From the NCBI RefSeq assembly GCF_009914755.1, contig NC_060933.1: 64,000 nt of DNA; one strand, written 5' to 3'. The translations under genes and the position numbers were made by a program. Below are positions 18,148 to 42,908 of the stretch, one piece after another (within the stretch, counting starts at the first letter, position 1; the number at the start of each line of letters is the position of its first letter). The notes under the pieces are model-generated. The model saw only the letters and a program-made list of their open reading frames with translations. It ran no database searches and was not told where the DNA came from. The stretch is from the human T2T-CHM13v2.0 reference genome, Homo sapiens.

Positions 18148-18627
18148 TGTATTAGTTATGTGTTGTCGTGTAACAAATTATCCCCAAATTTTGCAGCTGG
18201 AAAGAAGAAGCATTTATTACCTCACAGTTTCTATGACTAAAGAATCCGGGAGTGGCTTAGCTGGGTGATCTGGATCACGGTCTCTCAGGACGCTGCAATC
18301 AAGATGTTGGCTGAGGCCATGGTCATCTCAAGGCTCAGTTTGGGGAGGATCCACTTCTAATCAAAATCACAAGGAAACCTGATGGCATGGTACCTAGTTT
18401 CCCCAAGAGCAAGCAATCCAAGAGGATGAGACAAAGAATTTAAGACTGAAGCCACAGTCTTTTATCATTTCATCCTGTTAGAGTTATCCTATCAGTTTTG
18501 AAGTACTCAGTGTATTAGAAACCAGTCAGTAAGTTCACCCCACACTCAATATGAGGGGATTACACAAGGATATAAATGGCAGGAGGCAGGAATTGTTGTA
18601 AACCATACTGAGAGGCTGCCTATCACA
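18148..18627 (-). mobile_element. MLT1F-like MaLR solo LTR
   Basis: TGTATTAGTTA...GTAACAAATTA...GGCTTAGCTGGGTG...GGCTGCCTATCACA with TG...CA ends. Confidence 0.78.
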
Positions 18628-18814
18628 TGTGCTGATTATTGATTCCTGAACTGATGTGTTTAATATTTATAGCCTATTGTAAATTAATAATGATCTTCTT
18701 TGTGAATATCATTCTACTTACTTTACAGATGAGGAAAAGTTAAGTAACTTACCCAAGAACAGAGAGAAAGAAAGTGAGAGAAGCACAGACTGATTTATGC
18801 CAGGCATTCATCAA

Positions 18815-19139
<325 letters not shown>

Positions 19140-19276
19140 TAGTTTCTGAGAGACTATAATATATATGAGTTACTCTGCTAGATCCTAGGCATCCAGAATA
19201 AAAACATATAAATACACATCTGTGATATATATTACTCCTGCCCTCACAGGGCAATGATTAGAAGTTTTTGAAGCGG

Positions 19277-19879
<603 letters not shown>

Positions 19880-20070
19880 CCAAAAATATCTTAAGGAAAT
19901 TTTCAACATTTTCATTCCACTCCTTTGTGTCACAGTTCCACGGAAATCTGCAGTGACCACGCCCAGTCAGAAGGCAGCAAGAAGGAGCTTTCTGCTAGAA
20001 TGTCTGTGTTCCCCTCTTCGATGGGCTGATTTTTTCCTATGCATTCTTCTATCTACATAGGCCCAACTAA

Positions 20071-20448
<378 letters not shown>

Positions 20449-20470
20449 TTTATATTAAAATTTAAAATGA

Positions 20471-20852
<382 letters not shown>

Positions 20853-21211
20853 CTAAGCATGCAGTTGGGAAGGTTGCTGAATCAAGAACTTCCAGATCTG
20901 AGAACAGTTAACTCACATGAAAAATTAGTCCCAAAACATTCAAGTTCATTCTATGAAATTTTTGGTGGAAAATGGCAGTGAAAAATCTATGGTAAATCTA
21001 TAGGACGATTAAGATAGTGAGAAAAATTAAAGAAAATCCTAAGCCTTCCATTGCAAAGTGAGAAAAATCAAGTCAAGTGGAAGAGAGATACTGGCCTCAT
21101 CCATTTTTCATTTCTGTGGGTGCCATAAAAAAAGAGAGAGAGAGAGAAAAAAAAAAACTCTGAATCCCTGAGAGCTAATTAAATGAATGTACCCATTAAG
21201 AAATCTTGTCT

Positions 21212-21999
<788 letters not shown>

Positions 22000-22659
22000 T
22001 AAATTTTGAAGTATTAGATCCTTTCTTAAACTTTTGCTCTTCGGATTGTCAATGTCAAAGATAGTTTCCAGGGGGACCAAATTGGCCCCAAACTGTTATT
22101 AAATAAGCCTTAACTTTTATTGCTGCGCATTTCTTCTGAAATCAATTCTGACTGCTTACGTGGTTAGAAAAATAGTTTCTGCTATTGAATATAAAACTCA
22201 AATTATCCATGGCTATGCAATAAACTTCAGAAATAAATGGACAGCAGTGCATTTATGACCCAGGTATAATCTCACATTTTTATGCAAAAATACAGGTTAA
22301 ATAAGGAGAGTGTAATTTTCAGGAAAATGATTATTTATGTGGATACTCACCAGATATGCAGAAATCTTACCAGTTCTGATTTTGACCTGCCATGGAATCT
22401 GAAGTCATTCGCCTTTTTTTCCCCCCAGAGGTAAAAAAGTTATCTCTACTTCAAACCATTTCCTTCTTCCTAAATAACTAGTAATTGCTTTTTCATTTAC
22501 TATGATAACTCAAAAACGTTGTTCAAAAATATCCTGCAAAATTTGCATTATAGAGAAACGACTCTGCAGGCGTCTGTGTCGATAATGAGGCTACACTTAG
22601 GAGGCGTGAGGGTACTGACTATGCAAATAAGCGATTTCTCCATTAGGAATTCCCATCCC

Positions 22660-24200
22660 CAAATCTGGGCCGAAGGAGAGACACCGAGCGCGGCCAGGGA
22701 CTCACATGGTGCACTGGAGCCAAGGGGTTTCGGGAAGGGCCAGCGCGCGGGTCTCTCTAGAGCCCTCTACTCATGCGTGGGAATTCCAGATTCCTTCCCT
22801 GGGAAGGAATCTTCACGTATCTCCCGGCACTGTCCTCAGTGACCTTCAGCCACTCGGCATCACTTTCCCTGTCTTTGAAAACTCCGAGAGAAGCAGCCGC
22901 CACCTGCCTCAGGCCAAGGCAATAAACCCACATCACACCGCCAGTCTGAGCCCTGCAGGAAGGGGTGCACAGCGGCCTCCAGAGCGCTTTCTCCCCAGCT
23001 CTGTTTCTGCAGGCTCGGCCGCGCGAACGCTGAGGAGGGGATCGGAGGCCCGCAAGGCTCAGACCCCGCGCCCCGCGGGGGTCGCACAGGGGTCGGGCGG
23101 GGGAGGGGAGCGGTGGCTGCAGGTCCTCGGCCCTCCCCGGGGGAGGGGCCTGAGCACCGCACCGCCCCCCTCCTCCCTGCGTCTTCTCCCTCCCACCCCC
23201 CGCCCTTTTCCACCCGCCCCCGCAGGAGGAAAGGGAGAGGGAGGGGGAAAAGAAAGTGCTGTTTTGTGGAAAGGGGCGGAAGGCGGGGGAGAAAAAGGGA
23301 ACAGAAACATGGCGGTCAGGTCTTGGGACGGCTGCGCCGCGGGCAGCTCCTAGGCGACGCGCCGCCCGCACTGTCCGACGGCTCACAGCGCGGAGGCACC
23401 CGCGCGGGCCAGCGCTCCGGCCATCGCCCCTGGCTGTAGGCGGCGCCCCTCGGAGACCCTGCCCGCGAGGCGGCGCAGGCGCAGACCGGACTGAGGCGGC
23501 GGCGGCCGCTGGAGCTAGTCCCCCGCCCTGCCCTGCCGAGCGCGCCCAGTCCGCGAATCCGGTGCTTTCTTGCCCCAGGAAGAAGCCGTGTCGGGGCTGC
23601 GCTGACAGAGGAGCAGGCAGCAGGTGAGGCTGCGGCGCGGGGCCTTTGGCGGAGGAAGCCTGCGCCGTGCCCTCGCGGGGCCTGCGCTGCAAGGCTGGGA
23701 GGGCGCGGGACAGGTAGAGCCCGGAGGGCTGAGTTCCGAGTGGCTGGCCCGCGGGGGGTCGCCGAGGAGGCGGAGAGTGGCCGCGGCTGGCGTTCGTGGC
23801 CTAGTTTCTCCGCGGTTTCCGGGGGCGGGGAGTCCCCGGATCCTGCGGGATGCAGTCGGGGAAAGGCTGCCCCTGAAGAGCCTCCCCGCGTCGCCCGCCG
23901 GGCCCATGAGAATCGTTTGCGTACAAGCGCGAGGGGTCTGGGCCCGGGGGACCGCCGGGGCGACGGCCGCTTTGGTGGGGGCCGGGGTGCGGAGGGAGCA
24001 GGATCGGGGCTTCCCAGAGGGGGTCGAGGCTGAGAGAGCGGAGAGCTAGAGCCAGGGGTGGCGGGCAGTCTCGAGAGGAGTCGGGGGACTGAGAAGTGTC
24101 GGGGACAACGGGGAGGAGGGGGACCTGGGCAGGTGTCTCTGGTGAATTGAAGACATTTCCTTCTCTGTCTTACGGTGGCCGATCCTCAGGGCTTCTTTGT
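22660..24200. promoter_or_regulatory. CpG-island promoter, TATA-less
   Basis: Very high GC and CpG density in non-repetitive sequence; GC box GGGGCGG near 23273; YY1-like AAACATGGCGG 23305-23315; NRF1-type GCGCAGGCGCA 23473-23483. Confidence 0.93.
23485..23623 (+). other. Probable non-coding first exon (5' UTR) of an unidentified gene; 5' boundary approximate
   Basis: Inside the CpG island downstream of the NRF1 motif; donor CAG|GTGAGG at 23623/23624; no ATG in 23354-23623; G-run-rich sequence follows the donor. Confidence 0.7.
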
Positions 24201-26352
24201 CGGGGATGACTTTCTAGGAGGGCAGTATCCTTTTAACTCTGGAGTGACTAAACACAAAACCAAGGAATGAAGTCCTAAGGCTGACTCCTGTAAAGAGCTG
24301 TAACTTTTTCTGTTTTAAGAATGCTGTCACGTCTTTTTTTTTTTCCTCCCCTTTTCTGCTTGATAGACCTTTTCCCTCTCGAAGACCGTCTTTTATCTGC
24401 ACTAATAAGGAATTACCCAGTTTTTAAATAGTACCGCCTCCTTCTCCCCTTATGTATGTTTGTCACACGGGAAAATTTAGGGTAGTTACCGCGGGTACTT
24501 GTGCAAATTTGAGGGAAAGTGTCATTTCCAGTAGTGAACCCTCAGCTGTCTCTTTGTGCCTCCGAGATACTGTCAAGCGTTGTAGCCTGAGAAATTGACC
24601 CACTGAGCCTGCTTAATTGTGTGCAAACCCGTGTTGAGGCGTTCTTCCTAGGCCCTAATTTACGTAGGAATAGGTTTTCCCTTCCGGTCTGTGTATAATG
24701 AGAGGGGAGAACGTTAGTGCTAAGGCGCTAAGTTCTGGATAAATACTTGATTTGATGTGATAGTGTGTATTACTCTATCAGAAATGCAGAGCGTTGTATG
24801 ATTTTTCTGTGTACACGCGATAAGAGCAATATTAGTTGCAAAAGGAAGTTTTCATCTTTGAACATTAAAGGTATCCTTTATTGTTGATCACTATAGCATG
24901 CAAAAAAGAAACTATATTTTCTGTCCTGTTCTTTGTATTACTGTTAAAGAGTTGGTAAACTGCCGTCTTGCTGTGAGACTGGGAAGTCGGCAATGAAGTT
25001 AGATTTGTATTCATGAACATGATCTGCCTGTCATATAGGCTTGCTTTGACTTGTTTTTTTTTTCAGTAGTGGCAAAGGGTTTTCTGCCACTCAATCCACA
25101 CTTTCCTCCGCATTGGTATCTCCGTTGACCATTTTGCAAAATAGTTTATTGAGATTAGGGGTCTGATCTTTTGTATAACCTGTTGTAGTGAACTGATCAT
25201 ATGCGACTTGACTTTGGCCAATAGTACCTCGTCAGTGTACAGTACTACTATTTAGACTTACTGATTTGGGTAATAGAAAAGCTATGATGTTAGAAATGTT
25301 GTCGTTGTATATTGGAGAAATTTTGAAGTTGCTTATTGGAGTAATTTAGTCCTGTATGCTTTGTAAATGAGTGCATTCTATTGTCGAGAGTAAATACAGT
25401 ATTTTGTAGTATAAACTTAAGCTTTTAGCTGAAGAAATTGGCAGCATAGTTGGAGTGTGGAGACTATTCTTAAAACGCAAATGTTTTAAATTACAAGGAA
25501 CTGTAGTGGTGTGTAGGCTGTAACAATTCCTGGTGCCAAATTTGGGAGATTATTTGGTTGAGCTACTTTCTATAAAGAAACATATTAAGTATCTGCAATA
25601 AAAGTGGATTTGTAGCTATACACAAGGGATTTTACATTATAAATAATAACTCAATAAGGCACCTTTCTTTGCTCTTTGTGTATCTGCCAGTTAAGACCAA
25701 AACATCTCATATTTTCACTGGAGCTTCCTGCCAAAACAAATACTGGTTTTGCATTGGCTTTGCTGCTCAGTTTGAAAGCTAGGGGAATCTCTTAGAGCCT
25801 ACTCTGGTTCTGGAGGCTGCCTGATTAAAAAAAAAAAAAAAGAAAAATTGAAAGCTAGGTTTCAGTCATATGCTTGCACCTTAAGTACAGGTTGTAAAGT
25901 AAAAAAGAAAGTTGCTGAGTCAGTGGCAGGTTGTTTCATTTGTTTTTTTGATTTGCAAAACGGAATTTCTGTCATAATTTGAATTTCCAGTGTAATATGT
26001 TTGCTGAATAGCAAGGGCAGATTAAGCTTTCATAATAACTGAATTAAAATGTTAATTTTCTTTATACTGGTGCCATAGATTGTCAGTTTGACAGACGTAG
26101 CAAAGGGATGCCTTGTTGGAATGGGAAATTCCTTTTTATCAGCTAAAATTTGGGGAAAGGATTTTGCATAGTACAGCTGGTGTAAAACAATAGGTCTTTA
26201 GCATCAGATTGTAGGATATTCCAAAATTAGGCAGTTTTATTATTTGAAATTTGAAACTTAATATTTTGCAGGAAGAAGTTTAAAGCTTTAAAACATTTTC
26301 TACATTTGTTAAGTATGTGGATGTAATAGAGCTTAACATGGTATTTGAAACC

Positions 26353-26673
26353 TTTTTTTTTTTTTTTTTGAGATGTAGTCTCGCTTCGTCACCCAAGCTG
26401 GAGTGCAGTGGTGTGATCTCGGCTCACTGCAGCCTCTGCCTCCCAGATTGAAGCGATTCTCCTGCCTCTGCCTCCCAGATGCAAGCGATTCTCCTGCCTC
26501 AGCTTCCCAAATAGCTGGGATTACAGGTGCCTGCCACCACGCCTGGCTAATTTTTGAATTTTTAGTAGAGAAGGGGTTTCACTATGTTGGCCAGGTGGCC
26601 TGATGTCAGGTGATCCACCTGCCTACGCCTCTGAAAGTGCTGGGATTACAGGTGTGAGCCACCACACCCAGCC
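26353..26673 (-). mobile_element. AluS with internal 32-bp tandem duplication
   Basis: 26437-26468 repeated at 26469-26500. Confidence 0.92.
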
Positions 26674-27012
26674 TTTGAAAACTTTTTATTGGAAAAAATG
26701 TAACATGATTAAAAGAAATTCAAAAGAAAAAATTTAAATTACTCTCCCCTATCTAACACTTATATTTTTCTGTACTCTAATGCTGTTATACTTCTATAAT
26801 GTAGTAGTATAATATTCTAATCCTGTCTGTGCTTGTGTATAATTCTGTGATTAATGTTAATATAATTGTCTTTTAATTTAACATGCTTTCCCTGTTGCTG
26901 TATATTACTGTTATTTTATGGCTTTTAATAGTCCAAAGTTTTATTTACTGCCTCAGTTTATTTAACCATTTCCATAGCTTAACATTTTAGTAATTCCACT
27001 TTCTTACTCTGA

Positions 27013-27319
<307 letters not shown>

Positions 27320-27321
27320 TG

Positions 27322-27632
27322 TTTTTTTTTTTTTTTTTTTTTTTAACACGGTCTCACTTTGTCACCTAGGCTAGAGTGCAGTGCATCTCAGCTCACTGCA
27401 GCCTCTACCTCCCGGGTTCATGTAATCCTCCTGCCTTAGCCCCCTAATAGCTGGGACTATAGGTGCGCGTGCATGTGCGTGCATCACCCCACTTCACTAA
27501 CTTTTTGTATTTTTTGTAGAGACAGCGTTTTGCCATATTGCCCAGGCTGGTCTTGAACTCTAAGTTCAAGCGATCCACCCATCTCAGCCTCCCAAAGTGC
27601 TGTGATTACAGGCGTGAGCCACTGTGTCTGAC
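27322..27632 (-). mobile_element. AluJb-like
   Basis: Antisense dimer. Confidence 0.9.
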
Positions 27633-27740
27633 CCATACTTTTTTACTCTTAAAATAATGCTATAATGAAATTATTTTGCTAATATGATGGTCCATGGGTC
27701 TGTGCCAAATTACTTTTTGAAATTTTGGGAAAGTCAACTT

Positions 27741-28055
27741 TCTTTTTTTTTTTTTCTTTCTTTTTTTATTGAGATGAGTCTTGCTCTTGTCACCGAGGCT
27801 GGAATGGTGCAATGGAGTGATCTCAGTTCACTGCAACCTTGGCCTCCCAGATGAAGCAATTCTCCCTGCCTCAGGGTCCCTAGTAGCTGGGATTACAGAC
27901 GCCTGCCACCACACCCAGCTAATTTTTGTATTTTTAGTAGAGACGGGGTTTTGCCATGTTGGCCAGGCTGGTCTTGAACTCCTGACCTCAGGTGATCCAT
28001 CCGCCTCGGCCTCCCAAAGTGCTGGGATTACAGGCGTGAGCCACCACGCCTAGCC
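27741..28055 (-). mobile_element. AluS
   Basis: TSD GAAAGTCAACTTTCTTT. Confidence 0.94.
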
Positions 28056-28296
28056 GAAAGTCAACTTTCTTTGAATTACTTTCTTTGCAGTGGATCATTA
28101 GGGCTGCTACAATATAGTATTTAATTGAGAACTGAATTGAAACAAGGTGAAAGGCTGTAGATGTGCATGTATCACTTGCATTCATTGAGTGAAAATCAAA
28201 ATATAAATTCATAATTCTGTTAATAACTTGCTACTAGTTTGTGTACATTAACTTATGATATAAGAAGTAATGTAATTCTTATACTCTTATACTTAA

Positions 28297-28688
<392 letters not shown>

Positions 28689-29009
28689 AGAAGAGTCATC
28701 TTATATATCTTTGTAATATTTTAATTTGTTTTTGTAATATTTAAAGGTTGTTCTCGAATTGAGTTTTTTCTTTGTTATGTTTTTATTTCTTTTTTTTTTC
28801 ATTTTATTAGCCAGGAGATATTCTCATCTGATAATCTAGTTTTTTATTGTGTATATGCAGTTCAATTATCTCTTAATTTAGGGATTCTTAGATCTTAAAA
28901 GCATAAATGTTATAAATCTTTTTTTAAATTATGGAAAGAGGATCTATTAAAGAGGCCCTTTTCTATCTGCTAGGAATAATAATAAGAATAATATAAAAAG
29001 GTGACTAGT

Positions 29010-29480
29010 AAGGTCTAATAGGTTAAACAGCCCTATAAATAAGCACCGTAACTACAACACAACAAATATAGAATGGAGCAAAATATGCTGCAGGAGCAGA
29101 GGGAAACACTTGTGTAGTGTGGATTAGAGAAGGTTTACATAGAATAAGACATCTGATTAAAAACTTACAACTTGCTGTAAAAAGGCGTGAAGTAATGAAA
29201 AAATGTGATGAAGTTTATTAATATGCAAGTAATTTAGAGGGAGTGGGTATGAAGCTGGAGAGTAAGTAGAGGCTGTGTCATAAAGGGTCTTACAGTCAAG
29301 TAAGAAATTAAGACTATATTGTAGAGAACAGGGAGCTATTGGAAGATTTAAGCTGTTAAATATTTTGGCTCCATTAAGAGGGAGGGATTGGGAGAGCAGT
29401 TTGAGTGAGACCGCAGGTTCATCATCCAGAACATCTTGAAGGCACCTAGGCATGTATTGAGAACAGCATGGTAGGGGTAG
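29010..29480 (-). mobile_element. L2 fragment
   Basis: Purine-rich degenerate L2 (TAAGAAATTAAGACTATATT...GGGAGCTATTGGAAGATTTAAGC). Confidence 0.55.
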
Positions 29481-29661
29481 AAAATAATGGATAGACTTGA
29501 GAACTGTTACATAATACAAACATTTCCTGTGGCCCACAGGCCATGTCGCTTTAGCCTTATCTTCTTGCCCACTGTGTACCTGCCACACCAGTCTACTTTC
29601 AAATTTTTTCCCTCAGAGCGTTTGCATATATACTATTCCATTTGCATGCTACTTTTTCTAA

Positions 29662-30447
<786 letters not shown>

Positions 30448-30559
30448 GGATTTTCTTTATACACAATCATTTCTGCAGAGAAATCCAGTTGTACTTACTC
30501 ATTTCCAATCTGTATGCCTTTTTTTCCTGCCTATTGCCGCTGGCTAGATTAATGCTATC

Positions 30560-30689
30560 CTCTAGAAATATAATATAAACCAAATATGTAATTTAAATTT
30601 TATATACCCCCACACTAAAAAAGTAGCGATAAGTGAAATTAAATTTAATGTATTTTTAATTTCACTACATCCAAAATATTATTCAATAT

Positions 30690-30690
<1 letters not shown>
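30560..30690. mobile_element. MER33-like hAT-Charlie fragment
   Basis: AGAAATATAAT...ATATGTAATTTAAATTTT...GTGAAATTAAATTTAAT...ATCCAAAATATTATT. Confidence 0.55.
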
Positions 30691-31205
<515 letters not shown>

Positions 31206-31227
31206 AGAGATATAGGAACTAGTTAGG

Positions 31228-31445
31228 TTTTCTCTTTCCTTCCCCTCCCCTCCCCTCCCTCTCCCCTCCCCTCCCCCTTCCCCTCCCCTCCCCTCCCCTA
31301 CTCTCCCTTCCCCTGCCCTCCCCTCCCCCCTCTCCTCCCCTCCCCTCCCCTCCCCTCCCCCTCTCCTCCCCTCCCCCTCCTCCCCTCCCCTCCCCCCTCT
31401 CCTCCCCTCCCCCCTCTCCTCCCCTCCCCTCCCTTCCCCTGCCCC
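31228..31445. repeat. (CCCCT)n polypyrimidine/polypurine tract
   Basis: About 215 nt almost purely C/T on the + strand. Confidence 0.97.
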
Positions 31446-31737
<292 letters not shown>

Positions 31738-31744
31738 TATAATA

Positions 31745-32892
<1,148 letters not shown>

Positions 32893-32894
32893 CA

Positions 32895-36592
<3,698 letters not shown>

Positions 36593-36593
36593 G

Positions 36594-37112
<519 letters not shown>

Positions 37113-37240
37113 TGCTTGTTTTTAATTTGTCCTATCTCTTGTTTGTTCCTTTTTGGATTACTTGAGTATATTTTAGTATTCCATTTATCTTCACATTGGC
37201 TGATTAGCTATATGTCTTGATTTTTAAAAGTAGTTGCCTT

Positions 37241-37593
<353 letters not shown>

Positions 37594-37842
37594 TCAGTAC
37601 AGTTTCGTTCTCCCCATCTGTGTCTAATTTTCCTCACAAAGGGATAATGCTAGACCTCCCTTACTGGGTTGTTATGAATATGAAATGAATTACTAGATGT
37701 GAAATACTTTGAGCACAGCTCATGTTTTTATTCATATCAAGAATAATAGAAAAAAACTTTATTAGAAGTTCTTCAGTTTGCAGATCGCAGGTTTCTTTTC
37801 TAACCTACCTTAGCTGTCTGCATGCATAATCACACCCTAGAC

Positions 37843-38302
<460 letters not shown>

Positions 38303-38351
38303 CCCTAGACTTTATCACCATGATCTGTAACTTAAAAAATTGTAAGCATTG

Positions 38352-42010
<3,659 letters not shown>

Positions 42011-42024
42011 TATACCAGTAGTAA

Positions 42025-42344
<320 letters not shown>

Positions 42345-42464
42345 TAACAAACACAAGAACTCCTTTCCCTTTAGCCACAAAACAGTAAAATAGTTATGAA
42401 TAATCCAAGCAAAAAAGTGTGCAAGACCTGAGTGAAGAAAATCAACAAATTCATTTTATGTGTG

Positions 42465-42731
<267 letters not shown>

Positions 42732-42908
42732 GGTCAAGATTTTTTTCTCAACTCTTTATGTCAAAATACTGTCTTCAAAAGTTATATGTGGCTGGGCGCT
42801 GTAGCTAATACCTGTAATCCAGTGCTTTAGGATGTCAAGGTGGGACGATTGCATGAGGCCAGGAGTTTGAGATCAGCCTGGGAAATGTAGCAGGACCTCC
42901 ATCTCTAC

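Noticed and set aside
22412-22436. + strand acceptor TTTTTTTCCCCCCAG followed by AG|GTAAAA
   Set aside because: The adjacent donor is weak and would give a 2-nt exon; no supporting exon structure
23485-23623. Assigning a gene symbol to the promoter and first exon
   Set aside because: No coding exon is in the window and I do not reliably recognise the 5' UTR; a BLAT search would settle it
22706-24049. Long overlapping ORFs (up to 311 aa) on both strands of the CpG island
   Set aside because: Low-complexity Arg/Gly/Pro/Ala products, mostly with non-ATG starts; expected from stop-codon scarcity in GC-rich DNA; no recognisable domain
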